Positions 39,401-50,206 of a stretch of 64,000 nucleotides of DNA are shown in pieces. How positions within the stretch are numbered: the first letter of the stretch is position 1; each line of letters opens with the position of its first letter. The notes below the pieces were generated by a model, which saw nothing but the letters and a program-made list of their open reading frames with translations, made no database searches and was not told the DNA's origin. The stretch is taken from positions 54,799 to 118,798 of the forward strand of contig CALSPG010000003.1 in assembly GCA_943788175.1 (NCBI GenBank), in the 5' to 3' direction. Position numbers and translations under genes: made by a program. This stretch comes from an uncultured bacterium (GTDB lineage: Bacteria > Fidelibacterota > Marinisomatia > Marinisomatales > UBA1611).

Positions 39401-40704
39401 AGCTAACTATTACGCAAGGCGAGAAAGAATCAAAAGCTGTTTTTAATGTTCCCTATGGTGCAACAATGTTAGTCGAAGCTGGAGAAAAAATAAAAGCTCA
39501 GACAACGATGTTTCAATGGGATCCCTATACTGATATTATTCTTGCTAGAGAGACTGGTTTGGTTAGTCTGAAAGATTTTGTTGAAGGTGAAACTTATTCT
39601 GTTGAGTCAGTAGAGACTGGGAAAAAGCAAATTGTTGTTATCGAGGCTCGGGATAGAAAGCTAAGTCCTCATTTGGAAATTGTAGATAAAAATGGTGAAA
39701 TAGTAGCGGGTAGTACAATTCTCCCTGTGAAGGCGACGCTAGTTGTCAATGACAAAGAAGAAGTTGAGCGGGGGCAGACTTTGGTAAAAATACCTAAAGA
39801 TATAGGTAAAACTAGAGATATTACTGGTGGCTTGCCTCGAGTAGCTGAATTGTTTGAATCTAGAAAGCCCTCCAATCCGGCTGTGATGACAGAAATTAAT
39901 GGAACTGTTAAGTTTGGTGAAACGCGAAGAGGTATTAGAAAAATTCATGTTGTTGGCTCTGATGGAGATGACAGGTCATATTCTATTCCCTATGGTAAAC
40001 ATGTAATAGTTCATGAAGGTGATTTCATCAATGCTGGTTCTTCTTTATGTGAGGGTGCAATCTCTCCAAGTGACATACTTAGGGTTCTGGGTCCGTCTGC
40101 TGTAGTTGAATATCTAGTAAATGAAATCCAAGAAGTTTACAGGCTTCAAGGTGTAAAAATAAATGACAAGCATATCGAAATTATTGTAAATCAGATGATG
40201 CAAAAAGTTAGTGTAAAAGAAATTGGTGACTCTAGGTTTCTTCAAGAAGATAGGATAAGTAAAAACGATTTTATGATAGAGAATGAAAGATTATCCAAGA
40301 TGGTCGTTGTTACGGTACCTGGCGATACTGGTTTAGATGAAGATGTGATGATTGAAAAATCAGAACTCAATGAGTTAAATAAAGAGGTTAAGGCTGAAGG
40401 AAAAGATGTCGCTAAATATCGGAAAACTATTCCTTCTACATTTGAACCAATACTGATGGGTATTACTAGGGCCTCTCTTAATACCGAAAGTTTTATCAGT
40501 GCCGCTTCTTTTCAAGAAACTACGAGGGTGTTAACAGATGCTGCCACTGCAGGTAAAACTGATTATTTATACGGTTTAAAAGAAAATGTAGCAGTTGGGA
40601 GAATAATTCCGGCTGGAACTGGCACTCCAAAAATAGCGGATGTTCTGGTTGGCGTGGATGGAGTTAACGATTCTTCGATGGATGTTGATGATGCAGTTGC
40701 ATAA
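36460..40704 (+). CDS. rpoC: DNA-directed RNA polymerase subunit beta'
   Basis: 1414 aa; Zn finger [20 protein letters not shown] and catalytic [9 protein letters not shown]. TTG start after an AGAGGAA RBS. Confidence 0.98.
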   Translation: [1414 protein letters not shown]

Positions 40705-40779
40705 TAATTAAAATTAGATGAAAATCATTGTTATGTATTCAAATATTAGATTAACTTACGAGGCTGTGGAGAAATATAT

Positions 40780-41157
40780 ATGCCAACAATAAATCAATTA
40801 GTGCGAAAAGGTAGGAAGAGAATCTTGAAAAAGACCTCTACTCCTGCACTTATGAGTAATCCTCAAAAAAGGGGTGTTTGCACACGCGTATATACTACGA
40901 CACCAAAAAAACCAAATTCAGCATTACGAAAAGTTGCTAGGGTAAGACTTACAAATTCTACAGAAGTAACTGCGTACATTCCTGGCGAGGGCCATAATCT
41001 TCAAGAGCACTCAATTGTGTTGATTGAAGGTGGTCGTGTAAAGGATTTACCTGGTGTGCGTTATCACATTGTTAGGGGTACCTTGGATACTGCTGGTGTT
41101 GACGATAGAAGGACTAGTCGCAGTAGATATGGTGCAAAAAAACCAAAAGCTAGTTAA
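40780..41157 (+). CDS. rpsL: 30S ribosomal protein S12
   Basis: [13 protein letters not shown]...[15 protein letters not shown]. Confidence 0.98.
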   Translation: MPTINQLVRKGRKRILKKTSTPALMSNPQKRGVCTRVYTTTPKKPNSALRKVARVRLTNSTEVTAYIPGEGHNLQEHSIVLIEGGRVKDLPGVRYHIVRGTLDTAGVDDRRTSRSRYGAKKPKAS

Positions 41158-41163
41158 AATATT

Positions 41164-41628
41164 ATGAGAAGAAGAAGACCAGAAAAAAGAACGATTTTGC
41201 CTGATACGAAGTATGATGATCTTTCTGTCGCAAAATTCATTAATTATATCATGGAAAGTGGAAAAAAAGGTGTAGCTGAAAAGATTTTTTATGGTGCTAT
41301 GGATATTATTCAGAACAAGACTAAAACTGATGGTCTAAAGATATTTAAAAAAGGTATTGAGAATACTTCTCCAAGCGTAGAGGTTAAGTCAAGAAGAATT
41401 GGTGGCGCTACTTACCAAGTCCCAATTGAAGTGCCAAGAAAGAGGGGGTTTTATCTCGCTTCTCTCTGGATTATTAAGGCTTCAAATAATTCATCTGGAA
41501 AGCCTATGGCTGATAAGCTGGCAAGTGAATTAATTGCTGCTGCTAATGGCGATGGTAACGCTATTAAAAAGAAAGAAGATGTTCACAGGATGGCTGATGC
41601 AAATAAAGCATTCGCTCATTTTAGATAA
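41164..41628 (+). CDS. rpsG: 30S ribosomal protein S7
   Basis: S7 pattern (RRIGGATYQVPIEV, ...AFAHFR terminus); str operon order. Confidence 0.97.
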   Translation: MRRRRPEKRTILPDTKYDDLSVAKFINYIMESGKKGVAEKIFYGAMDIIQNKTKTDGLKIFKKGIENTSPSVEVKSRRIGGATYQVPIEVPRKRGFYLASLWIIKASNNSSGKPMADKLASELIAAANGDGNAIKKKEDVHRMADANKAFAHFR

Positions 41629-41648
41629 TTTAAGGTCTGGATTTTAAT

Positions 41649-43739
41649 TTGAAGAGCAATGATTTAAATAGTTTTAGGAATATCGGCATTATGGCTCATA
41701 TAGATGCTGGAAAAACCACCCTTACTGAAAGAATTTTGTATTACACTGGTGTTACGCACCGTATCGGTGAAGTTCACGATGGTGCTGCAACAATGGATTG
41801 GATGGAGCAGGAGCAAGAAAGAGGTATTACCATTACTTCTGCTGCGACTACATGTAACTGGGATGATCATAGGATAAATATTATTGATACGCCAGGGCAC
41901 GTCGATTTCACTGTAGAGGTTGAGAGGTCCTTAAGAGTTTTGGATAGTGCTGTTGCAGTGTTCTGTGCTGTTGGCGGTGTTGAGCCTCAGAGTGAGACAG
42001 TATGGAGGCAGGCTGATAAATATGATGTCCCAAGAATTGCTTTTGTTAATAAAATGGATAGAGTAGGCGCAGATTTCTTCAATGTTATGGAAATGGTTAA
42101 GGATAGGCTTGGAGCGAATCCTCTTCCGGTTGTTATTCCAATTGGTACTGGTGAGACCTTTACCGGTATTATTGATCTTATTTCTATGAAAGCTATTTTG
42201 TACAACGAATCTACGATGGGTTCTAGATTTGAAGAAGCTGATATACCTTCTGATATGGTTGAGGTTGCAGATAAATGGAGAAAGCATTTGATTGAGGAAA
42301 CGGCCTCTTATGATGAAAATCTCTTAGAAAAGTTCGTTTCTGATGAAGATATTTCTGCTGATGAGTTAAAGGCAGCGATAAGAAAGGGCTGTTTAGATAA
42401 TACTTTTATCCCGATGTTTTGTGGTTCTGCTTTTAAGAATAAGGGAGTTCAAAGACTTCTAGATGCTGTAGTTGACTTCTTACCTTCTCCTGTTGATATT
42501 GGTGAAGTTGTAGGTACCGACCCTAGGGATTCTGACCTTGAATTGAAGAGGCAGCCTGATGTAGATGCTCCCTTTAGTGCATTGGCCTTTAAAATAATGA
42601 CTGATCCTTATGTTGGCAAATTAACCTACATGCGTGTTTATTCAGGTAGCTTAGATGCGGGTTCTTATGTCTATAATGCTAATAATGGTAAAAAAGAAAG
42701 AATTAGTAGGGTGCTTTTAATGCATTCAAATAAAAGAGAAGACCGTGACGGGGTTGTTGCTGGAGAGATAGTAGCTGCCGTCGGTTTAAAAAATGTAAAA
42801 ACCGGTAATACTCTATGTAATCAATCTGATCAGATTGTTCTAGAGTCAATGGATTTTCCAGAGCCTGTTGTTGCTGTTTCTGTCGAGCCTGTTAGTAAGG
42901 CTGATCAAGATTCACTGTCAAAATCTTTGGCTAAATTGGGTGAAGAGGATCCCACCTTTAGAGTTTCAACTGATGAGGAAACTGGGCAAACTATTATAGC
43001 TGGTATGGGTGAGCTTCATCTTGAGATTTTGGTTGATAGATTAAAAAGAGAATTTAAGGTTAAGGCTAACATTGGTAAGCCTATCGTAGCTTACAGAGAG
43101 TCTATTACTGAGGCTATTAGTGATGTCGAAACAAAATTTGTCCGCCAGTCTGGTGGTAAGGGTCAATATGGTCATGTCGTTATTAACGTGGAGCCTAACG
43201 AACCTGGTAAAGGGTATCATTTTGAAAATAAAATTACGGGTGGTGTTATTCCTCGAGAATATATTCCCTCAGTTGATAAAGGTATGCAAGAGGCGCTGAA
43301 AAATGGTGTTATTGCTGGATATCCTATTGAAGATATTAGAGTTGAGCTCATATTTGGTTCTTATCATGATGTAGACTCTTCGGAAATGGCATTTAAAATT
43401 GCCGGTTCTATGGCAATTCAATCAGCTTGTAAAAAAGCTAGTCCTAAGTTAATGGAACCAATTATGGCTGTAGAGGTAATCACGCCAGATGAGTACTTAG
43501 GAGATGTTATGGGAGATATTAGTTCTAGGCGCGGTAAAATTGATGGTATGAGCCAAAGAAATGAGGCTCAGGTAATTAAAGCTAATGTTCCATTGAGTAA
43601 TATGTTTGGTTATGTAACTGATTTGAGATCTGTTACTCAAGGTAGAGCGGTCTTTCACATGCAGTTTGCGCACTACAGTATTGTGCCTTCTTCTGTAGAA
43701 GCTGAAATTATGGAAAGAGTTCATGGCAAAGCCGTTTGA
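41649..43739 (+). CDS. fusA: elongation factor G
   Basis: [23 protein letters not shown] and NKMDR motifs; 696 aa. The TTG start is the only start codon that retains the G1 region. Confidence 0.97.
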   Translation: MKSNDLNSFRNIGIMAHIDAGKTTLTERILYYTGVTHRIGEVHDGAATMDWMEQEQERGITITSAATTCNWDDHRINIIDTPGHVDFTVEVERSLRVLDSAVAVFCAVGGVEPQSETVWRQADKYDVPRIAFVNKMDRVGADFFNVMEMVKDRLGANPLPVVIPIGTGETFTGIIDLISMKAILYNESTMGSRFEEADIPSDMVEVADKWRKHLIEETASYDENLLEKFVSDEDISADELKAAIRKGCLDNTFIPMFCGSAFKNKGVQRLLDAVVDFLPSPVDIGEVVGTDPRDSDLELKRQPDVDAPFSALAFKIMTDPYVGKLTYMRVYSGSLDAGSYVYNANNGKKERISRVLLMHSNKREDRDGVVAGEIVAAVGLKNVKTGNTLCNQSDQIVLESMDFPEPVVAVSVEPVSKADQDSLSKSLAKLGEEDPTFRVSTDEETGQTIIAGMGELHLEILVDRLKREFKVKANIGKPIVAYRESITEAISDVETKFVRQSGGKGQYGHVVINVEPNEPGKGYHFENKITGGVIPREYIPSVDKGMQEALKNGVIAGYPIEDIRVELIFGSYHDVDSSEMAFKIAGSMAIQSACKKASPKLMEPIMAVEVITPDEYLGDVMGDISSRRGKIDGMSQRNEAQVIKANVPLSNMFGYVTDLRSVTQGRAVFHMQFAHYSIVPSSVEAEIMERVHGKAV

Positions 43740-44971
43740 TTTTTTTAAATAAGGAGTAAAGTAACAATGTCAAAAGCAAAATTTGAAAGAACAAAACCCC
43801 ATGTAAACATTGGGACTATTGGTCACGTTGATCATGGTAAAACAACGCTTACTGCTGCTATTACAATGCACCAAGGCGCTCATGGTTTAGCCGAGGTTCG
43901 TTCTTTTGATAGTATTGATAATGCTCCTGAAGAAAGAGAGCGTGGTATTACGATTCAGACTGCTCATGTAGAATATGAGACTGAGAACCGTCACTATGCT
44001 CATGTTGATTGTCCTGGTCACGCTGATTATATTAAAAATATGATTACCGGCGCAGCGCAAATGGATGGTGGTATTTTAGTTGTATCTGCTGCTGATGGTC
44101 CAATGCCTCAGACTAGAGAGCACGTTTTATTAGCGAGGCAGGTAAATGTTCCAAGTCTTGTTGTATTTATGAATAAGGTTGATCAAGTAGATGACCCTGA
44201 GCTTTTAGAACTTGTTGAGATGGAATTGCGTGATCTTCTTAATGAGTACGAATTTCCTGGCGATGACACTCCTATTATTATGGGTAGTGCGCTCAATGCC
44301 TTGAACGATTCAAATGATGAAGTTGCTAACAAGTGCATTGTTGAATTGATGGACGCTTGTGATAACTTTATTCCTGAGCCAAAAAGAGACATTGACAAGC
44401 CTTTTCTTATGCCTGTTGAGGATGTTTTTAGTATTACTGGTCGTGGTACTGTCGGTACTGGTCGCATTGAAAGAGGAATCATTAAAGTTGGTGATGAGAT
44501 AGAAGTCGTCGGTATGGGTACTCTAACGAAGACAACTGTTACAGGTGTTGAAATGTTTCGTAAGTTATTAGATCAAGGTCAGGCTGGAGATAACGCCGGG
44601 CTCTTACTGCGCGGTATTGATAAAGAAGATTTAAGTAGGGGGCAAGTATTGGCCCTGCCTGGCAGTATTACTCCACACACGAAGTTTAAAGCGAGTGTTT
44701 ACATTTTGAAAAAAGAAGAGGGTGGTCGTCATACTCCGTTTTTTAATGGTTATAGACCGCAGTTCTATTTTAGGACAACAGATGTAACGGGAGTGGTTAC
44801 ATTGCCAGAAGGTACTGAAATGGTTATGCCTGGTGACAATGTAGAATTTGAAGTTTCATTAATTACATCAGTAGCGATGGATAAAGAACTTAGGTTCGCC
44901 ATTCGTGAAGGTGGGCATACTGTTGGTGCAGGTGTCGTAACAGAGATTGTTGAGTAGGGTATAATATGGCT
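43734..44971 (+). repeat. 1,238-bp direct repeat, copy 2 (tuf plus flanks)
   Basis: Matches 28312..29549. Its left end includes the last codon and stop of fusA (GTT TGA); its right end includes ATG GCT of rpsJ. Confidence 0.95.
43767..44957 (+). CDS. tuf: elongation factor Tu (copy 2, str-operon tufA-like position)
   Basis: 396 aa, differing from copy 1 at one residue (Glu193 vs Asp193) and five synonymous sites. Confidence 0.98.
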   Translation: MSKAKFERTKPHVNIGTIGHVDHGKTTLTAAITMHQGAHGLAEVRSFDSIDNAPEERERGITIQTAHVEYETENRHYAHVDCPGHADYIKNMITGAAQMDGGILVVSAADGPMPQTREHVLLARQVNVPSLVVFMNKVDQVDDPELLELVEMELRDLLNEYEFPGDDTPIIMGSALNALNDSNDEVANKCIVELMDACDNFIPEPKRDIDKPFLMPVEDVFSITGRGTVGTGRIERGIIKVGDEIEVVGMGTLTKTTVTGVEMFRKLLDQGQAGDNAGLLLRGIDKEDLSRGQVLALPGSITPHTKFKASVYILKKEEGGRHTPFFNGYRPQFYFRTTDVTGVVTLPEGTEMVMPGDNVEFEVSLITSVAMDKELRFAIREGGHTVGAGVVTEIVE

Positions 44972-45274
44972 AACCAGTCAATAAGAATAAGTTTAAGAGC
45001 GTATGACCATATTTTGCTAGATAAGTCTACAGATAAAATTGTAAAAACAGCCAAGTCTACAGGTGCTATCATATCTGGTCCTATTCCTCTTCCTACTAAG
45101 CGTTCTATTTATACAGTTCTTCGTTCGCCTCATGTAGACAAAAAATCCAGAGAGCAATTTCAGACAAAAATTCATAAAAGAATGATTGATATAATTAATT
45201 CTACGCCAAAGACTGTTGAGTCTCTTATGAAGTTAGATCTTCCTGCTGGTGTTGATATTGAGATAAAGGTTTAG
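44966..45274 (+). CDS. rpsJ: 30S ribosomal protein S10
   Basis: [14 protein letters not shown]...SGPIPLPT pattern. Confidence 0.97.
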   Translation: MANQSIRISLRAYDHILLDKSTDKIVKTAKSTGAIISGPIPLPTKRSIYTVLRSPHVDKKSREQFQTKIHKRMIDIINSTPKTVESLMKLDLPAGVDIEIKV

Positions 45275-45280
45275 CTGTTT

Positions 45281-45898
45281 ATGCGAGGATTAATAGGAAA
45301 AAAAATTGGTATGACAAGGGTCTTCAATTCAGGCGGCCGTGCAATTCCAGTCACTGTTTTGGAAGTTGGTCCTTGTTATGTTACGCAGGTAAAAACCATT
45401 GAAAATGATGGTTATGATTCTGTTCAAATTGGTTATATTGAAGCAAAGAGTAAGCATGTGAACAAACCTAGTGCGGGGCATTTTTTAAAAAACAATGTAA
45501 AGCCAACTAAGGTTCTAGCTGAATTTCAAAAAGTTCCAAAGTTTGACTATAAACCTGGGCAAGTATTTAATGTGAGCCTCTTCAATGAGGGAGATTTTGT
45601 CAGTGTATCTGGTAAGTCGAAAGGTCATGGGTTTTCAGGTACTGTTAAGAAGTATAATTTTAGTACTCAAAGAAAGACTCATGGTCAGGGAGATACATAT
45701 AGACATGTAGGTTCGATTGGTAATGCCTCTGACCCTTCGCGTGTATTCCCCGGGAAAAAAATGCCAGGTAGGTATGGTAATAAAACTGTGAGTGTTAAAT
45801 CTCTTGAAGTTATTAAAGTAAATGAGCTAAAAAACCAATTGTTAGTTAAAGGTAGTGTACCTGGGTCAACTAACGGCATCGTTGTTATTACGAGATAA
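45281..45898 (+). CDS. rplC: 50S ribosomal protein L3
   Basis: MRGLIGKKIGMTRVF...; S10 operon order. Confidence 0.97.
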   Translation: MRGLIGKKIGMTRVFNSGGRAIPVTVLEVGPCYVTQVKTIENDGYDSVQIGYIEAKSKHVNKPSAGHFLKNNVKPTKVLAEFQKVPKFDYKPGQVFNVSLFNEGDFVSVSGKSKGHGFSGTVKKYNFSTQRKTHGQGDTYRHVGSIGNASDPSRVFPGKKMPGRYGNKTVSVKSLEVIKVNELKNQLLVKGSVPGSTNGIVVITR

Positions 45899-45900
45899 AT

Positions 45901-46524
45901 ATGAAAATAGAAGTACATAATAATTCAGGTAAAGTTGTTGATAGTATTGATATTGACAATAATGTTTTTGATGTTGAATTGAATCCATCTGTGATAAGGC
46001 AAGCTGTTCTTGCAGAGTTGACTAACTTAAGACAAGGCACTCATAGTACTAAAAATCGTTCTGCTGTCAGGGGCGGTGGTAAAAAGCCGTTTAAGCAGAA
46101 GGGTCGTGGTGTTGCTAGGGCTGGCACCATTCGTTCTCCATTATGGAAAGGTGGTGGTGTTGTTTTCGGTCCTGAACCTCATGGATATAGTCATAAAATG
46201 CCAAAAAAAATGAGCAAATTGGCCCGTAAATCAGTGATTTCAAAAAGAATAAAAGATGGTGAAGTTGTGATTTTAGATATCATTGATATAGAATCTAAAA
46301 AAACTTCTAATTTTATATCTTTTTTAAAAGATATAAAGGTTAATCAAAAAAAGACCTTAATTTTAGTGGACTCATTCCAAGAAAATTTAGTTTTAGCTTC
46401 AAGAAATATTCGAAATGTTTTCATTGAAAATGCTAGAAGTGTAAGTGTTTATGACCTGCTTGACTCAGAGATTATTTTAATCGACAAAGTGGGTGTTAAA
46501 ATCTTATCGGAGGTTCTAGCTTAG
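45901..46524 (+). CDS. rplD: 50S ribosomal protein L4
   Basis: RGGGKKPFKQKGRGVARAGTIRSPLWKGGGVVFGP. Confidence 0.97.
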   Translation: MKIEVHNNSGKVVDSIDIDNNVFDVELNPSVIRQAVLAELTNLRQGTHSTKNRSAVRGGGKKPFKQKGRGVARAGTIRSPLWKGGGVVFGPEPHGYSHKMPKKMSKLARKSVISKRIKDGEVVILDIIDIESKKTSNFISFLKDIKVNQKKTLILVDSFQENLVLASRNIRNVFIENARSVSVYDLLDSEIILIDKVGVKILSEVLA

Positions 46525-46528
46525 TATT

Positions 46529-46846
46529 ATGTATCAAAAAATAATTATTCGTCCAATATTAACAGAAAAAATGGCAATAATGCAGGAGCGTCAAAATAAA
46601 TATGCTTTTATAGTTTCTGCGGACTCTAACAAAATTCAAATCAAATCTGCCGTTGAAAGTAAGTTCGATGTTTCTGTGTCAAAAGTTGCTACTATGAACA
46701 TAGACGGCAAGCTAAAGCAGATGACTACTCGAAGCAACGGAAAATCTATTAGAACTCAAGGAAAGAGGTCTAGCTATAAAAAAGCAATTGTTACTCTTAT
46801 TGATGGTGATGCAATTGATTATGTGAACAGTGGAGCAGAGGACTAG
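46529..46846 (+). CDS. rplW: 50S ribosomal protein L23
   Basis: IIRPILTEK...YAFIV pattern; between rplD and rplB. Confidence 0.93.
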   Translation: MYQKIIIRPILTEKMAIMQERQNKYAFIVSADSNKIQIKSAVESKFDVSVSKVATMNIDGKLKQMTTRSNGKSIRTQGKRSSYKKAIVTLIDGDAIDYVNSGAED

Positions 46847-46847
46847 G

Positions 46848-47672
46848 ATGGGTGTAAGAAATTTAAAACCAGTTACGCCAGGAAGTAGATTTGCTTCGAG
46901 AGCTGATTTTTCTGAACTAACTACAGATAAACCAGAAAAGTCCCTTACTGTTGCGCTTAGAAAAAAAGGTGGTAGGAACAATACTGGCAGAATTACTGTT
47001 CGTAGAAGAGGTGGTGGTCATAGAAGAAGATACAGAATTGTAGATTACAAGAGAGATAAATTTGATGTGAAAGGTAAAGTAGCTACTATTGAATATGATC
47101 CGAATAGGTCTGCTTATATTTCGCTAATTCATTATGAAGATGGGGAAAAAAGATATATCATTGCTCCTTCAGATCTTCCTGTTGGCTCTCACATTGTTTC
47201 TGGAGAAAAAGTTCCTTTAAAAGTTGGTAACGCTTTAAAATTATTTAATATTCCTACAGGTCTTCTGGTTCATAATGTTGAAATGATACCTGGTAAAGGT
47301 GGTCAAATGGTTCGCTCTGCTGGCGGATATGCTCAAATAATGGCCCATGACAATGGTTTTACTACTCTTAAGCTCCCCTCTGGGGAAATCCGTCTTGTTT
47401 CGGAGAAGTGCATGGCAACTATTGGACAAGTCGGTAATAGGACATTTGAACAAATTGTTTCTGGTAAAGCCGGTCGCTCTCGTTGGCTTGGTAAACGTCC
47501 GAAAGTAAGAGGCGTTGTTATGAACCCTGTTGATCATCCGCATGGTGGCGGTGAAGGTAAAACTTCAGGTGGTCGTCATCCTGTTACTCCTTGGGGTAAG
47601 CCAACAAAAGGATTTAAGACTAGAAAGAAAAACAAAAAATCAAATAGTATGATAATCAAGAGGCGTAAATAG
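46848..47672 (+). CDS. rplB: 50S ribosomal protein L2
   Basis: The ATG at 46848 gives [15 protein letters not shown]; it also has [27 protein letters not shown]. Confidence 0.97.
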   Translation: MGVRNLKPVTPGSRFASRADFSELTTDKPEKSLTVALRKKGGRNNTGRITVRRRGGGHRRRYRIVDYKRDKFDVKGKVATIEYDPNRSAYISLIHYEDGEKRYIIAPSDLPVGSHIVSGEKVPLKVGNALKLFNIPTGLLVHNVEMIPGKGGQMVRSAGGYAQIMAHDNGFTTLKLPSGEIRLVSEKCMATIGQVGNRTFEQIVSGKAGRSRWLGKRPKVRGVVMNPVDHPHGGGEGKTSGGRHPVTPWGKPTKGFKTRKKNKKSNSMIIKRRK

Positions 47673-47674
47673 CG

Positions 47675-47941
47675 ATGGCTAGATCATTAAAAAAGGGTCC
47701 ATTTGTTGATCAAAAACTAATGGGAAAAGTTTTGAAGAATAATGAGAACGGTAAGAAGACTGTTATTAAAACCTGGTCTCGTAGATCAATGATAATTCCT
47801 GATTTTGTTGGGCATACTTTTGCTGTACATAATGGTAATAAGTTTATTCCTGTTTTCGTTTCTGAAAATATGGTTGGGCATAAATTAGGTGAGTTTTCTC
47901 CCACAAGGACATTTAGAATGCACTCTGGTGATAGGAAATAA
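47675..47941 (+). CDS. rpsS: 30S ribosomal protein S19
   Basis: [12 protein letters not shown]...[17 protein letters not shown]. Confidence 0.97.
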   Translation: MARSLKKGPFVDQKLMGKVLKNNENGKKTVIKTWSRRSMIIPDFVGHTFAVHNGNKFIPVFVSENMVGHKLGEFSPTRTFRMHSGDRK

Positions 47942-47946
47942 GTATT

Positions 47947-48288
47947 ATGGAAGCTAGAGCTACACTAAGGTATAATCGCCAGTCTCCTCGGAAGGTTAGA
48001 AAAGTATTAAATCAAGTACGTGGATTTAATGTTGGTAATGCGATAAATTATCTTCATTTTTCATCTGAAAAAGCTTCGGTTGCTATTGAAAAGACTATTC
48101 GATCTGCAGTAGCGAACTTGTTACAATTAGATGGAAATAATGATATTGATACAGACCTTATTAGGATTAAAGAAGCGTATGTGAATCAAGGCCCTGTCAT
48201 GAAACGTTTTCGTGCTGCATCAATGGGGAGAGCATCTAAACTTCGTAGGCCTTCTAGTCACTTAACTATAATTTTAACTACAGAATAG
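47947..48288 (+). CDS. rplV: 50S ribosomal protein L22
   Basis: MEARA...RQSPRKVRKVLNQVRG; operon order. Confidence 0.95.
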   Translation: MEARATLRYNRQSPRKVRKVLNQVRGFNVGNAINYLHFSSEKASVAIEKTIRSAVANLLQLDGNNDIDTDLIRIKEAYVNQGPVMKRFRAASMGRASKLRRPSSHLTIILTTE

Positions 48289-48304
48289 TCAACGAGGAAA
48301 AGAA

Positions 48305-48925
48305 TTGGGACAAAAAACACATCCAGTAGGTTTTAGATTAAATGTAAACAAAGGTTGGAAATCAACCTGGTTTGCTGATAAAAATAATTTTTCAGAGCCG
48401 TTAGAAGAAGATGTTAAAATTCGTAATTATATCTCTTACAGGCTTCCAAACGCTGGTATATCCAGTGTGGAGATAAATAGAACATCAAAAAAAGTTTCAG
48501 TTACTATTCATACTGCTAGACCTGGTATTGTGATTGGTCGAGGTGGCGAAGAAGTTAATAAACTAAAAAAAGAGCTTAGGCAATTAACTAATAAAAAAGA
48601 TGCTCAAATTAATATTTCAGAGGTTAAAAGGCCTGAGCTAGATGCTGCTCTAGTTGGTTCAAATATAGGCCAACAGCTCAAAAAGAAAATCTCTTATCGC
48701 AGAGTTATTAATAAATCAATGCAGGCGACTATGCGAATGGGTGCTAATGGTATTAGAATCAATGTTGCTGGTAGGCTCGGTGGTGTTGAAATTGCTAGAA
48801 GCGAAAAATATTCTGATGGTAGTGTTCCTTTGCATACTTTGAGAGCAAATATAGATTATGCTCTCACTGAAGTTCATACAGCATACGGAATAATCGGTGT
48901 AAAAGTCTGGATTTGTAAACCTTAA
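48305..48925 (+). CDS. rpsC: 30S ribosomal protein S3
   Basis: MGQKTHPVGFRL with a KH domain (ARPGIVIGRGGEEVNKLKKEL). TTG start after a GAGGAA RBS. Confidence 0.96.
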   Translation: MGQKTHPVGFRLNVNKGWKSTWFADKNNFSEPLEEDVKIRNYISYRLPNAGISSVEINRTSKKVSVTIHTARPGIVIGRGGEEVNKLKKELRQLTNKKDAQINISEVKRPELDAALVGSNIGQQLKKKISYRRVINKSMQATMRMGANGIRINVAGRLGGVEIARSEKYSDGSVPLHTLRANIDYALTEVHTAYGIIGVKVWICKP

Positions 48926-48939
48926 AAAATAATTAGATT

Positions 48940-49353
48940 ATGCTTGAACCAAAAAAAATAAAATATAGACGCCATCATCGTGGTAACAGGCGTGGAATGT
49001 CTGCACGTGGTAATCATGTTGCCTTTGGAACCTACGGACTTAAAGCGCTAGAAGCTGGTTGGGTTACAGCCAGACAAATTGAAGCGTCTCGTATTGTGAT
49101 TTCTAGAATAGTTCGAAAAGTTGGTAAAATGTGGATTCGCATATTTCCTGATAAGCCTATTACTGCTAAGCCTGCGGAAACTAGGATGGGTAAGGGAAAA
49201 GGCTCTCTTGATCATTGGGTTTCTGTAGTTAAGCCTGGAAGAATTCTCTTTGAAATAGAGGGTATTGATAAGGAAATGGCTGAGGAAGCATTTAGGAATG
49301 CTGGTCACAAACTGCCTATCAAGACAAAATTAGTTGAAAGGAGGCCAATGTAA
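48940..49353 (+). CDS. rplP: 50S ribosomal protein L16
   Basis: [15 protein letters not shown]...RMGKGKGS. Confidence 0.97.
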   Translation: MLEPKKIKYRRHHRGNRRGMSARGNHVAFGTYGLKALEAGWVTARQIEASRIVISRIVRKVGKMWIRIFPDKPITAKPAETRMGKGKGSLDHWVSVVKPGRILFEIEGIDKEMAEEAFRNAGHKLPIKTKLVERRPM

Positions 49354-49554
49354 ATGGCTGAAAAACAAAAATTGCTTAGCTCATTAAAAGATCTTAATTC
49401 TAGCCTAGTTGACTATCAAGAATCTTTGCAAAATTTAATATTTCAAAAAACTATGCAACAGTTAGAGGATTTGTCTCAAATTAAAAAAACTAGAAAAAAG
49501 ATTGCAAGAATAAAGACTCTTTTAAATGAGAATCTTTTATCGAATAACAACTAA
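49354..49554 (+). CDS. rpmC: 50S ribosomal protein L29
   Basis: 66 aa, helical, between rplP and rpsQ; the start abuts the rplP stop. Confidence 0.85.
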   Translation: MAEKQKLLSSLKDLNSSLVDYQESLQNLIFQKTMQQLEDLSQIKKTRKKIARIKTLLNENLLSNNN

Positions 49555-49567
49555 ACAACGATATAAT

Positions 49568-49834
49568 ATGATTGAAAATAAAAGTATACAAAGTCTCATA
49601 GGAAAAGTAGTATCTACAAAAATGGATAGTACTGTCAGTGTAGAGGTTACTAGGGTCGTTGCTCACCCTGTTTATCAAAAAAGAATTAAGAAGCATAAAA
49701 AATTCTTATCTCATGTTGCTAAAGTGGTCCCTAAAGAAGGCGATGTGGTGAAAATAGTATCCACAAAACCGATTAGTAAGAATAAAAGGTGGCGTGTAAG
49801 TGAAATCATACAAGAATCAAAAAAATTAGGTTAA
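49568..49834 (+). CDS. rpsQ: 30S ribosomal protein S17
   Basis: The ATG at 49568 gives MIENKSIQSLIGKVVSTKMDSTVSVEV...HPVYQK; also ...PISKNKRWRV. Confidence 0.93.
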   Translation: MIENKSIQSLIGKVVSTKMDSTVSVEVTRVVAHPVYQKRIKKHKKFLSHVAKVVPKEGDVVKIVSTKPISKNKRWRVSEIIQESKKLG

Positions 49835-49837
49835 AAA

Positions 49838-50206
49838 TTGATACAACAAGAAACTAGATTAAAAGTAGCCGATAATACTGGAGCGAAGGAAGTTTTATGT
49901 TTTAAAGTTTTAGGCGGTTCTGGTCGCAAGTACGCTAGTGTAGGTGACCAAATTGTCATAACTGTTAAGAAGGCTATTCCTGGTGGTATGGTTAGTAAGG
50001 GAGAAGTCCATCGTGCTGTTGTTGTTAGGACAAAAAAAGAGTACGGTCGCAATGATGGGAGTGTGATTAGGTTTGATGAAAATGCTGCTGTTTTGCTCAA
50101 CTCTCAGGGAGAGCCAAGAGGAACAAGAATTTTTGGCCCTGTCGGTAGGGAATTGCGTGATTCTGGTTTTATGAGGATTATATCATTAGCACCGGAGGTT
50201 TTATAA
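49838..50206 (+). CDS. rplN: 50S ribosomal protein L14
   Basis: [17 protein letters not shown]...; TTG start. Confidence 0.97.
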   Translation: MIQQETRLKVADNTGAKEVLCFKVLGGSGRKYASVGDQIVITVKKAIPGGMVSKGEVHRAVVVRTKKEYGRNDGSVIRFDENAAVLLNSQGEPRGTRIFGPVGRELRDSGFMRIISLAPEVL

